From Raillietiella orientalis (taxonomy: Eukaryota), in the NCBI GenBank assembly GCA_036172245.1, contig JAYWIR010000001.1, positions 7,440,001-7,504,000 of the forward strand: a stretch of DNA of 64,000 bases. The letters run 5' to 3'. Positions 1 to 12,060 of this stretch are shown here, in pieces. A program made the position numbers and the translations under genes. The notes below the pieces were generated by a model, which was not told the DNA's origin, did not search any database, and was given only the letters and a program-made list of their open reading frames with translations. The first letter of the stretch is position 1, and each line of letters begins with the position of its first letter.

Positions 1-330
1 TCTGGAGACATCCGCAACGGTGCAGAGTGCTCCTCTCCAGAGGAACTGCCTTGCAGGAAAACAGAGGTCGTCGGGAGGCGGCGGCAGCCCTCTCGGAAAG
101 GGCACGGGTGGCACACCTGTGCCCTTTCCTTGCTTGCCCTTTCCGTCAGGCACCGTGCTTGCTCAGCGGAGGACCTTGGAAATCGCGCACTCGCAGTACT
201 AGGGAAGGAGCTCCAAGGGAAGAGGGATGCGCCGAGGTGTGAGCTGTTGCCTGAGAGGACAGCGGAGCATCCAGAAGGAATGGGACGGTTTCGAGGAGGG
301 GCGGAATAATTTGCCTCTGGAACGAGGGGG
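1..330 (+). mobile_element. Possible decayed L1/Tx1-like ORF2 thumb-region fragment
   Basis: LSERARV and APREEGCAEV (ORF 27..242) resemble LPERAAV and APRRDGGL of copy B. Weak, by-eye similarity only. Confidence 0.3.
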
Positions 331-3300
331 CAGCGAGAAGTGAAGGCTGGAGTGGACGCAGATGTGGCGTGTTGCGAGAATCGAAGCCATACGCAAATCC
401 CCAGAGGTGAAAGATGGACCCAGCTGCCTCCCCGACTGGTTGCGGGTGGGAGCGATTCCCGCCCTATCCCAAGCCTTCTAGAGGCGCTCCGAAGTCCTGA
501 AGACGCCATCTCTGGAAGTTTGTTCACGAGTTTCAAAGGCACTTTCTGGAATATTTCCGAAGTCTCTCTGCCTGAAAAGACATCGCTCGTGCATCCAGGG
601 ATCCAGGATCCTCCTTCGTTTTCCTCCCTCATCGAAGAGGAATCGGCACCTTTCGCCGATTAGAGAAGCCGACACGTTCCCCGTCCCAGCCCCTCGACGG
701 CTCTTCCCGCTTCCTGGAAGTAAAAGGCGACCACTTCCCTCTCGGAGGGATCGAGAGGGTTCTTCGGGGTCTGCACCCTCTAGCGGCTGCGGAAGCTGGC
801 ACGAAGGGTGGGAGGCGATCCCTCCCTTCCCGCACGCATTTCCGGGACCACACAGGCATCCTGAACGCGAAAGCGCTCCCGGAAGCGCCGCGCATGCTTG
901 CTTGTCGCGCGTAGAGAGGAGTTCCTCCCGAGATCCCATGGAAACCGCACCTCCCCTTGTCGCACGGAAGCGCCGCAGGAGCATGCGGCAGGGGTTACGA
1001 AGAGAAAGACCCAAGGGAACGCTGCAAGAAGGGGCGTTCGGTGGAGGGGGCGCTTTCTGGGGGAGGAACCGTTGGGGTTCTTCACCCTTCCCTCCCTCTG
1101 GCGCTTCTCCTTCGCCCTCGGTGGGGAGGAGGCTCGGCTAGGGGCAGTTTTGGCCTCCTTGCTCGCCTTCCGGTGGGGTTCGTGTCGCCTATCCCATCCC
1201 TTCTGCCCCTTTGCTCTTTGCAGCTTCCCCTGCTGTCTCACCCCATGATCATCGCTCCCGCTCCACCCCATATCAGTGGAGTTCCTGCCCCCCTCTCCAT
1301 GGAAGCAAGCAGGAGCGCGCGCGCGTGTCCCGCGGACTCCCCTCCCCTCTTGCGCATCCGCCTGTTCCCTCTTCCACAGGGCGAGGAGGCGTGCGCCCCT
1401 TCGCGGGGATCGTCTGGCCGTGACCCTCGCTCGCATTTTCCCCTTCCCCTCAGCACGTGCAACTCGGAAAGGCAGGCCTGCTGGGCACGCGCGCCCTCGC
1501 GCAGAGCACAGCCGTTCCCTCCCTCGCACCTCCCTTCCTTTTCCTCCGGGCACCGTTTCCAGGGCAATGGCCTTGCTCCAGCATGCCAGGGAGACGAGAA
1601 AGATCGGGGATCTTGCCGACATCTCTTTCTCTCTCCTTCCTTCCCTTTGCAGCCTGAGTGTCGCATGGGGCCTCGTTCCCGCCATACAGTGGCCCTCGGC
1701 TCGCTCCTCGCCCGCGCAGGGAGGAAGGTGAAAGGGTGGGGCAAAGAACCGGGAAGGCAGGATCCCTCGAGAGAGCGAGCAGGGAATCGGCACCCGTCCT
1801 CAGATTCCTCTTCCTGGAGTCTCCCTGCTGCACGGTGAGGCAAAAATGACCACCATCCCCCCACCCCCCTCCGTCGGCATAGCGACCGGTCGATCCATCT
1901 CCCCTTCGACTGCGAATCCAGGGAGAAGAGCAGGGTGAGAGTCGCTCCCTCGGCAGCCTCCCTCCGAAAGCGCACGTGGAACCCCGGAGCTACCGCTTCC
2001 TTCCTGCGGGCTGCTCTCCGTCTCCTGGGCAACGCAAGCGGACTGACCTGAAGGTGCATCCGTTCTCTGGAGAGAGGAAAAGGGAAGGTGGAAAACGAAT
2101 CCCTCCCCTCCTCTTCCCCCTTCCTTTCTCCCTGGGAGCCTCCCGATGGGTCGGTTCCAGAGAGCACCTAGGGGATGCTTTCTGCAGTCTCGACCCTCCA
2201 GCGAAATAGGGGAAGTTCCATTCCTTTCAAAACCACCATTTCCCCCTCCCCCTTACCGCGTTGGAGGAACGAAGGGGCGGATGCCGGTTTCCCGGATCTT
2301 CCTTTACCCTCTTCGGAAGAGCGAAGGAACCTTCTATCAATCCCTTTACTCCTCATCTTTCTAAGGGGAGGAGAGCCTCCTATCCCCGAAGGACGGAGGC
2401 GGATGCCCGCTCTTTTTCACCGCAAGCGCTATCTCTTTCGGGATTGTTCTCCGCCCCTCTCCTTGAGACAACTTTCCTGGAAACACGGGACTGGGGGAGA
2501 TCCAGGGACAAGACATGGGAAAGGTTGCTTAGGGAATGTGGCATCTCTTTTTTTCGTTTTTTGTTTTTTTCCTCCCTTTTCTAGAAAAGAAGCGGAAGAG
2601 GGAGAGACAAGAGTGGGAAGGGAGAACCAAGGAATGCTGCCTTCCTTGCGTCGATGGTCTTGGATCCCGCCCGTTCCCTCTTTGCTCTGCGGGGGCGGAG
2701 GAGGAAGAGACGTGCCACTCTATCCGCCTCCTCGCTTCTTCCTTTCCGGAACTCCCCCTTCCCGGACGCACTTGAAGGGGGAGAGCAGGCGGACGCTGTT
2801 TCTCTGGACGCTGGCGCTGCTGCTACGGCGGCGGCCAGCGTGCGGGAGCCACGTGGACATCCCCGTTCGAGGCAGCGACCGACGCCAAGCGAAGGGTCCC
2901 CTCGTGCGCCTCAGGAGATTCCGGGAGGGCAATAAAATCCGGGGGCGCGCGCGATAAATCACGGCGCTCGACGCGGATTCGCAAGGGCAGCATCCTGCTC
3001 GGAGACCACGCCGGAAGGGAGAAGATGGAGGAAGAGGGACGTCCTGGGCGGATGGGCCGCCTGGCCGCCGTGCCGGATGAGATGCTGCGGTCGAGTAGCA
3101 GGTCGCTGAGCCAAAGGAACACCGAGCAAGAACGCGTGAACTCGATCAGACCCCCTTGAGAATGAAGAGGAAGGAAACCCAGCAGAGGACCACGAGAAGG
3201 AAGCCCACCTCGAGGACGAGCTGCTTTTCCTCTGCTTCTCCTCTTCCTCATCTTTTCCGCACCACCGCTAGCGGCAGTAACTTCCCTTTGCAAAAGAGGA

Positions 3301-3639
3301 GACCGTTCTGCAGTTCGAGCGCCATCTTTTATTTCACTCCCTCCCTCTCCCCTCCCCCCTCCGTTCCTTCTCGTTTCCCCGCTCCCGGCACGTGCTGCCG
3401 GTGCAGAAGTTCAGGTTCCTTGACCGGAGGGACCCTCCAGTGTAGACTCTGGCGCGCGCGGAAGAGGATGAGGTGGCGGAAGTCGCCGTGCTGCTCCTCC
3501 AGACCTTTCTCCTCGTCCTTGATAAGGGTTCCGGGATGCAAACTAAGGGCGGGTCGTCCTCCTGGAGAGATTGTTGGTAAGGTGTTGCTGGACAAGGTGA
3601 CCTGATCTTCCAGCAAACAACCCCGCTCCTACGTCTCCA

Positions 3640-3890
3640 CTCACTGAAAGGAGTGTCTCTTCTTGTGGGACTCCTCGATGAATCCCTGCCCCTTTTATCC
3701 CTTCAGGAACTCGGCACAACCGTGAGGAACGTTCCGTGCCCGTGCTCTCCAGCGACACCTTATACAGGGGAGGACGTCTTACACAGGAAGCGCAGCAGGG
3801 TGCGACCCACTCGTACCCGCAGCAACCGCAAGTGTGGCAGTGGAGGAGCAGACATCAACCTGCTCCTCGGGATTCCCGAGACGGGCTAGG
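3640..3890 (+). mobile_element. Possible decayed Tx1-like ORF1 (RRM/zinc-knuckle) fragment
   Basis: LLDESLPLLSLQELGTTV...YTG followed by YPQQP / RKCGSGG across a frameshift, resembling the Tx1 ORF1 pattern YxGQPxxCxxCG. Confidence 0.25.
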
Positions 3891-5559
3891 GGAAGGAAGA
3901 CGAGTGGATCTCCCAAGGCGAGGCAACGGCACACCCCATGTCTCTCCTCGCCGGGAGAGTCACCAGTGGCCTGGTGATGCGCGCCGACGTCTCCAGGGAA
4001 GAAAAGAAAGAGTCTCCAGGACCCTTCATGCGAAGGAAAGGGATTCTTCCATCGACAAGCAGCTGCCCAGTTCATTTTGATGAGCCCCAAATCCGCCGAT
4101 GTCCCTTTCTTCCCAGGTCAGTCCCTTTATATTTCCCCCTCTCATCTCACACGCTTTCTCAGCCTCAGGGCTCGCCGTTATCCTGATTTTCCTGTCGATG
4201 GTCCCAACGCTGCCCTGAGGGACAAAGAGCTCAGCATCCGATCCGTGTATCTCCGGTACCTCCTGTGGAGTGCCTCGGGGCATCCCTGTCTCTGGCAGCG
4301 AGTGCGTTCCCCTCCTTGGAAGGGAGAGGAGGAGGGGGGAAGAAACGGAGGGCAGCCCCCTTCCCCCTCGGCACCCAAATCTCCTGCCGCGTGAACATCA
4401 GCCACTTCCCTTCCGTTCCGCGCGAAGAGCCACGTGACCTTCAACTCTTGGACAAATCAGCTTGGGCGCGCGTCAGGGAGCGCCGTCGGAAAAACGGAGG
4501 CTCCCGGAAACGTTCTCGTGACCCCAGTAGAAATCTGGGAAGCAGCAATGGGTAGTGTCGCGCCTCGATCCTGGCAAGGGATGAGTGTCTCTTCCTTCCC
4601 AGTGGTCATAGACTGGTCATGCGTACCCGACATGGTCGGCGAAACGTAAAAGAAAGAAAAAATACAAACGAGAAGCAATCAGATTCCTGCAGGAACGCCC
4701 TCTCGTCCACGCGATTGCTATCGTTTTCTTGCTTAATTTATGGGGGCTCTTTTGGTCGAGGCAGTTGCCTAATCTTCCGGGAAGAAGGCAACTGCCTCTT
4801 TTCTCCTCACTGAAAGGAGAGTCCTGTCGTACCCGGAAAGGGATCCCAAATTATCCCCTGCAGACGGCAGCCCGGTCCAAGGATGCCGCGTGCGGTCGTA
4901 GAGCGAGACGGCGGGCTGCTGCTGCTGGGAGAAGGCTGGGGGCACGGGAAAACAGCTCTGATCCTGCTGCCTTTCCGGAGGGGGAGAGGGGAAGGGAGCT
5001 GCCCTCCCGAACCACCGCCGTTCGGAAAGGCGGAAGCGCATCCGCTTCCGCCTTCCCCCGGGGAGGGGGAAGGGGAGGAACATGGAACGCTTCCTGACAG
5101 GGCACACCATCTGCCACCGTTTCTTAGCAACGGCACGTGCGTTCCCTTCTCCTCACAGTGGCACTCGCTTCCATCGCTTCTCCGGCAGAGTTCACTCTCG
5201 TGCTGTCTCCCGGGACTGGTCACCTGGAAGCACAGCAAGGCCGAATGAACCCCGTCGTCTCGGAAGACCCTCCCAGCTTTTGCAACCTCCGTCCGACTGA
5301 CATCTCCAGCTGCCACTACTGCTGATCTCTTCGTTCGTCGAGGGAAGGCTTGCTGCTGCTTCCCACAAGCGAAGGAACGTCTTCTTTCATCGCGGATGCT
5401 GGAGGATCCTCCCGACAATCTGGATTTCCCTTCCGCATCATCATCTCCCGGGTTGCCGGAGAAGGAGAGAGGCTGTCGGGAACTCGGACGGGGCGCAAGG
5501 CACGAGCGGAGAAGTCCGTTAGCTGCATGGAAGAGGAAGATGATCGAACATCCAGGCTT

Positions 5560-5790
5560 CTATCTACATCCGCCATCTGCATTTCTTTGCCTTCATCTCC
5601 ACATGTCTTCCACAGTATCTTTCTTTATACATCCGCCACTACCCGCATTTCTGCATCCATCTCTCTCTATCTGTCTTCATATCCTTGCGTCTTTGGATAG
5701 GGAGAAATCCGATCACCTATCGATATCTACGCAGCACCTCCCTCCACGTCTGCCTCTGCATCCATCTACCAACATCTCATCCAAGTGAGA
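5560..5790. repeat. Degenerate ATCC/ATCT-type low-complexity tract
   Basis: G-poor run rich in catcc/tatct/catct units. Confidence 0.55.
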
Positions 5791-6161
5791 GGAACATGTG
5801 GGTTTTTAGGCACGTGTTCCGAAGTGCCGCCCCTAACGGACGTGTGGCTGAACAACGTGAAAGTTGGACCAGACCCCTTGTGAGCCTTTGCTGACTCGGA
5901 CGAGGTCCGTAGTAAACTCTGGAGAAACCACCGCGGACTGTTCCGAAATGGTCGGTAGTTGCCGCACCAAAGGACAGCGTGCGAAATCCTTGAAAGGAGA
6001 TTCTTCGCTCAAAAAGGACTCCCTGCGAACGCGGAGGGTTCGGCTGACCTCCCCACCAGCCACCAGCTGCACACTGAAAGTCTGATGCTGTAATGGATAG
6101 GAGCGATGCGACGCCCTGTAATCCCGGATTGCCAGGCCATTTAGTTAAAATAGATGAATGA

Positions 6162-6180
6162 TTTTTTTTTTTTTTTTTTT
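6162..6180. repeat. Poly(T) tract (19 nt)
   Basis: Read directly from the sequence. Confidence 0.9.
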
Positions 6181-6589
6181 ACAATTAGAGAACACCGGAT
6201 CGGAACAGAAGAGATTAAACCATGCCAGGGACCGGACTAGGGAGGGAGAGGGGAGGGGGGGGAGATGAGTAAGAGACGAAGCTACAAGGTCGAACGCTGA
6301 CTTGGCAAAGAACACTAACAATAACGAGAGGAACTCGGTCACCTAACAGTTGGTGGCTTCCAGCGAAGAAGCTTCTGAAAAGGAAACAAGAGTCTGGGAG
6401 CGTTACTCACCGGAGGTCAGTCGGGTGGAAGACGTATCTCGCAAGAGCAGCGCACGCGCATCGTCCTTCATCATACAGACCGACCTCCTCCTCACACTTT
6501 GCACTGCCTCTGTGCCAATGCACATTTCGACAATTCCACTCACCTCTCTATGCTCATCTTTACAAATGGCACCACGATCTCTGTGTTTT

Positions 6590-6835
6590 TCTTTCTCCCT
6601 CTGTCTATCCCTAAGTACCTTTATCCTTTCATCCATCCATCCATCTACATTTCTCTCCTTCCATGCATTTGCACCACTGTTTCCCCGCACCAATCCCTGC
6701 ATCCATTTGCTTGCATCCATTGCCGAGCTACAAGGGTTTATTTACACTCTCCATTCGTCTTCCTGTGCGCCTCCATACGTATCTATGAATATCCATGAGC
6801 ATTATCTGCGCACACATGTATACAGATATATAGGC
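6590..6835. repeat. Degenerate (ATCC)n low-complexity tract
   Basis: atccatccatccatc core with decayed flanking units; composition similar to 5560-5790. Confidence 0.55.
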
Positions 6836-6952
6836 ATCGCTCGTTGTCTGCAGATAACTTGAGGTCGAGAATCTTTAGGGACGGACTGAGACCTTCCAAG
6901 AATTCTGAAGCGGCCTGGGTGTTCCCACAGTTGGGACGGTTGACTGGGTGGT

Positions 6953-7845
6953 GATTATCACCCGGCTGTGCTCTTGGCATTTCTTACGTAAAGTAATTAA
7001 ATACGTAAAGTAAAAAGTACATTGGTGTGGCAAGTGGTTCCACCACGCGCAAGGAATTTGCCGAAGAGAGGTGCGCAGACCTATGAGGTCTGCGTTTCAG
7101 TAGCGTGGGAGAGAGGAAAACAGAAACAAAAAATAAATAAACAAAACAGGGGAGGGGAAATTTCACATGGGGAGAGGGAAAGGAGGACGCGGAAGGAATC
7201 ATGGTACGCTACCAGGCGTACTCTGCATACTGCTTTCCGGATGCTGGCAACTTCCGTCCACCACTACTGCTTCCCCTCACCCAAAGGGCCCAACGCCTCC
7301 AATGGCCCAGGTGGGGCCATTCGAGGCGTTCCTCAGGAAGATCCGCGCCCAATGGATGGCGTTGCAGAGAACCGCGTCCTGCCATTTCAGCCTCTTCTTC
7401 TGGCGTTCCAGGCCTCCGTGATCCCGCGGAGACAGCAGGGAACTGCGAGGGACGTGGCTGACGGCAATGAGGCCCCGCGCTCGAAGAAGCGTATGAAAAA
7501 TGCGCATGGGACTGCCCGCCGGGATACCTAGGATCGTTGCGAGGCGATCCCAAAGGGGTCGGAGGGCAGAGCAGTCCAACAGCAGGTGCGGGAGGGTCCC
7601 TTTCTTCCCACACCTGCAGCGTCCACGCTTCCCCCTTGTCCAGTGGTGAAGGCGCTCTTTGGACGGGATTCCCCCATGCAATACCAGCAGCGCCAACTCC
7701 CGCCACTGGAGTGGAGGAGGGGGACCTCGCTGTTCCAGCACGCCGGGGGTCACTTCACCTCCTCCGGAGGGATGTCGAGCAGCTCTCTCCAGCGTAAAAG
7801 TCTGGGTGAGCTCCTGAGAGGCGTCACCCACCAAGGCTCTCAATT
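6953..7845 (-). mobile_element. L1/Tx1-like non-LTR retrotransposon 3' fragment (copy A): ORF2 zinc-binding (zf-RVT-like) region plus 3' UTR
   Basis: ORF 7277..7843 LQWRELALLVLHGGIPSKERLHHWTRG..CRCG..TLPHLLLDCSALRPLW aligns with copies B, D and E. It is followed by a U-rich tract and the shared terminal motif. Confidence 0.8.
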
Positions 7846-8379
7846 AAAGGATATAAATGATTTATTTTATGTCCACTGGAAACGAAAAGCGTCGATCACT
7901 GCTGGGCAGGGTCGCTGCAGGCGTTGAGAGAAGACTCTTCCTCCGCCTATCGGCCCCTGCGTCTCGTAAGTCTTCGAGTTTCCCAGCCGAGTCCCCATCA
8001 GAGAACGTCGTAAGTCGTCGATGCAGGTGGGGGTACCGCTAAAAGTCCTTGGTCTGCCCTGCATTCTCTTCCCTCTGAAGCTGGAAGGAAGCAGCACTCC
8101 CGAAGAGTTTGACCGAGACGGCTCTTTGGAGGTCCACTCCCCCGAAGAAGGGTTACCGGGGCGTGGACCAGGCAGCATTCCTTCCCGAGGGAGGAAGTCA
8201 AGGCCGGAGCTAAGCGAGGACGAGTCGCCTGGAGACCACCGGCAGCGTACGAGGGCGCGCAGCCACGCCTTTTCCCCCCTTCGCGAGCGAAGGCTCCCCT
8301 GGCGCAGCGGCACAGGCGACTATTATTCGGACCGCTGCCGCCGCCGTCGCTGACGTCGCCAGCCACCAATGACGCGGAT

Positions 8380-8830
8380 GATGACTTTTCCGCCGTTCCA
8401 TTTCCGTTATGAAAGATGCTCCTGGGGGCACAATTAATCTTCTCTGTGAAAGGGGAGCGATTTAAAAAGGAAACGGCAAGGAGGAAAAAAAAAAAAAAAA
8501 AGGAAAAAAGGTAGCGTCGAAAAGCTCTCGTCCGCTTGTTTTTCGAATAATCAATCGCTCCCGCGAGCACCCCCGTCACTATGGAAACCTTCCTTCTCGT
8601 TCCCGCTAAAAGGATTTAATCAATCGCCAACGACCCCTGCAATATGAAAATTCTGCGCGCGGGGGGAGCCTCGCTGAGGGATGACGAATCGCGCCACGGT
8701 TAATTTTGATCAATTGAAAGGAGTGTTTAAGGTCGAGTGACAGGGTCGCCTGCGCGCACCGCACCCTGCGGAGAAAGATTAACAGGGTTAGAGGGGAGGG
8801 GAAGGGGAGGAGGGAAGATGAATTCGATGG
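8380..8830. promoter_or_regulatory. AT-richer island, candidate enhancer with homeodomain/TALE-type motifs
   Basis: TAATCAATCGC twice (8548, 8617), TGACAG at 8738 and several TAAT/ATTA cores; no TE motif seen. Confidence 0.35.
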
Positions 8831-9999
8831 ACCAGCAAGGAGCGAGAAGCAGGCAGGGTTGTCCCTTCCTCCTCCTCCCCCTCCTTCCCGCCCCGCTTCC
8901 GCGAAAACGCGCGGCTCGGCGAACGGATTGGTTGCTGCCGAGCCTCCACCATCGTCTCTCTCCCTTGGCTACGGAAAGATCTCCTCCTCCTGCTGCTACC
9001 TCGTCTTCCCCGCCGCCGCCGCGATGGCGAGAGTGCCTCCCCTCTCCTTCCTCCTTCCTTGCTTCCTTCCCAGCGCTGCGGCCTTCGCCGCGGTGCGAGC
9101 GGGTGATCCCTCTGTTCGGAAGCGAAGGAGGACAAGGGAGACGCAAGGATCGATCGATCCGGGAGCAAGGAGTCTCCTTCCCGCGCCTGGAAGGGAGGCC
9201 GAAAGGACCGTGGTATCTCCTTGCCGAAGTGCTCACCGCCTGTGGCGGTGTCTCTCCCGGTGCAGAACCTCCAGCATCCCAGAACCCTTTGGTATCACCT
9301 TCTCCCTACCAAATCCCAAGCGGTGTGGCTAGCGGCGGCGGTGTGAGGAAGGTGGGAGGGGGGGGCGAAAGTGCCGGGAATGGGGGTCGTGGGAATAATC
9401 GTCCCACGGAGAGGCGGTGGGAGGGAAGGTGCTGCGAGGGGGGAGATCCCCATCCACGTGTCTTCCCTTTTCTCTGTCGCCGGAGCTGCTGGCCCCGAGC
9501 CTCCTGTCTTTCTCCGCTTGCGTCGGTCTCCTGGCCTCAGCTTCTACGCTTCCCTCTTGGAGGAAGTGAGGAAGGGAGAGAAGCGGAGAGAAGTGCGGCG
9601 GCCAGCCTCAGTACCAGCTTTCGGGCATGCTCCTCTCCAGACTCCGAACGAATTCCTCCCGCCGCCTCCTCATCCTCCCCCGCGATCCCCCTCAGTTTCA
9701 GGAGCAGTCCTTGGCTTCCCTGCTTGCTGATTCTACCCATCCATGACCAAGTCTTGTTCCATGGAACGCCCTTGGGAGTGAGTACGGCGAGCGACTACCT
9801 CTAGAAAGAGAAGAGCAGAAGTGCACGTGGCTGGATGCGACCATCGCCGCAACGGATGGTCACCTCTCCTCCTTTTCTTTCCAGGATAAGAAAAGGAGGA
9901 GATGAGCATTTATTTCCGTAGACCTCGGCGGTGGCGGCTCGCCACTTGAAGAATCCCTCGCGGCTGCAGATGGGCGTGGGCGGGAAGCACGAGCGATGC

Positions 10000-10690
10000 G
10001 AGTCAAGGGCTCAGGGACAGGTGGTCAGAGACCTGACGCCCAAGGGGTGGCTGCGTGGCGCGGGGACGGTGGACCATCGTGGGCAAAAGTTCAATTCCGG
10101 CTTGAGGGGCACAAGGGCTGCCTGAAAATTCTCCTCCCGGCAGTGCCCTCAAGGTCGAAGACAAGAGGGACACCAGGCTCCCTGAGGGAGCGGCTGGAGT
10201 TTCGAGAGGTCTGTTGGGAAGTTCCTGTGGTCTGGGGCGTCCATCTGGGACGAGCCCGAGGGAGGAGCGGAGCGAGGAGGAAGAAGAGTGACCGTCGTTG
10301 AGACCAAGACAGTCGCGGGGGCAGTCGAACGCCACTCGCAACTCCACAAGCAGTGGAGCAGCTGCACCGTCCACGAGCAGTGCTCTCAAATGTGCCCGCG
10401 GGTGACGTGGGCGCTCAGAGAGCAGAACTGCACTTCACCACTCTCCACGTTGCTGTTTCTGCCCGAAGCCTAGACGCAGAAAAGCTCCCCTTGCCACGGG
10501 GGTCGCTCTAGACGCGACAATCCCGCTCCACCTCGTCGACCCAGAGCGGCATCTCCAGCAACGATCTCCGGACAAATCCCTCTCTCTCCTGAGGGCTTCG
10601 TAAATCAGTTGCGCCTCCTGAGAGGTGCATTGCAGAATCGCGAAGTGCAACCTGGAGCGAAATAGCGTTCTCAACGCAGGCTGCCGCGCC
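10000..10690 (-). mobile_element. Relic of RLE-type (R2/NeSL-like) non-LTR element C-terminus
   Basis: In order on the minus strand: LHFAIL..LRR..CWRC (zinc-knuckle-like), LLVELRVAFD (resembling the D/E-x-x-VPFE strand of the PD-(D/E)xK nuclease) and GAWCPS (resembling the terminal GxxGAWxP motif). Confidence 0.45.
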
Positions 10691-10694
10691 ATCT

Positions 10695-12060
10695 ACGTAA
10701 AATAAATACGTGAACTAGAAAGGGCCCCGGAACACGTTTGAAGGATGAGGAAGTAGGGCTTTTCCGTCATCCCTTTAGAGCCCTCCCTTCGTGGGCCGAG
10801 GGCGTAGCTCATTTCTCCTCGAGTTCCCAAGTTCTCCCCCGCTTCTTCCGCACCTGCACAGTTCAGCCCCCGGGTAGGAGGATCGGAATGCTTCAGGGTC
10901 TTCCATCGGGAGGATCTCTGCTAGATCCTCGATCTCGACATCGAGCCGCCGTCCGGGCCCTGATGCCCTATCCTTCCAGATGTTCGGGTGGACGTTCTTC
11001 AGTGGGATGTCTCTCCGAACACTCCCTGAAGCGAAAGGGCCTAACCCTTACCAGGGACGTAGCCAGCAGGAACTTTGGAGGAAGGGTAAATGAATGAACA
11101 GGGGTCGGCAGATAGAGCAGGGAGGGATCAATGGGCTGTCTGAGCCCGTGATGATCCAGTCCGCCCGCAATTTCTCTGAAAGGGTGCCCTGTTTGATGCC
11201 ACCTGTCCAGTTTGGTCCGCACTTCACACGAGGGGCGACGGTGGCGGCGCTCGGGGAATGGATGGTGCGGCCTTGCTCTTCCTCCCCCATCTTGATGACC
11301 CTCCTAACACGTGACAGAGCATCGGCAGGGAGGAGGCTCGTTGGTATCACCTTTCGTCAGAGTTGGTCGGAGAGGGCAGCCGCGCCTCTGGGAAGCGCGA
11401 AGGCACCTCGCGCTTCCCGATAGATCCCTCCGCGCTTCCCAGAGGTGCGTGCAGGACAGGGATCCCTTCGCTGGCCGCTCGTGGAGTCGAGGGGAGGGAG
11501 CATCCTCTAAGGGTCGCTGGTCTCCTGAGATGCGAGTCCATTCTTGTCGCATCCCGAATCGCTCTAGGAGCAAGTGAGCAAGGGTTCCCACCATCCCGCA
11601 AAAGGGAAGCATCGGTTGAGAATCCTCCGTCACTACCAGGCTTCCCACAAAGTCGTAGTGGTGTGCCTCGTTTCGAGGAAGCGGGGGGGAGGGGGCGATT
11701 CCACTGCTCCAATGAGATGGTGGCAGGCATGGAGAGCCTCGGGACCTTGAAGGGAAACCTGTGGGTATGTGGCTGAGTCTCTGGAGTGCCTGCTTGTTCC
11801 GCCCGAACGCCAGCAACTGGCAACTCTGGTGCCCCCCATTGAAGTGCGAGTGGGTCTGAGGCCGTAAAGAAAGTAGGAGAAAGACGAATTGAACCATCGA
11901 ACGACCGGTTCTTTCCGAAGCTTTCCCTCAGGACAGCTGATGCTCACCCTCTCCCGAACTTTTGAGTGGGTCCAGCTTGCTGGCATTCCGAAGCTCGGAC
12001 TGCCGTGACCATGGGCACCTCAAGAGGGGTCCATTTGAGCAAGCGGAAAGAAGGCTGCCT
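10695..12060 (-). mobile_element. Decayed L1/Tx1-like ORF2 3' half
   Basis: KWTPLEVPM (YLGVP-like), VVRWFNSSFSYFLYGL (thumb-like) and PCSICR..FIHLPF (zf-RVT-like). The end sequence at about 10695-10720 resembles the ACGTATTT..TTTACGTA stretch in the 3' end of copy A. Confidence 0.4.

Noticed and set aside
3843..3880. Adjacent short hairpins (GAGGAGCAG/CTGCTCCTC; CTCGGG/CCCGAG)
   Set aside because: Single occurrence, expected by chance in GC-rich DNA, with no covariation support.
6105..6135. 7SL/Alu-like start (gccctgtaatcccgg)
   Set aside because: Similarity is limited to about 12 nt.
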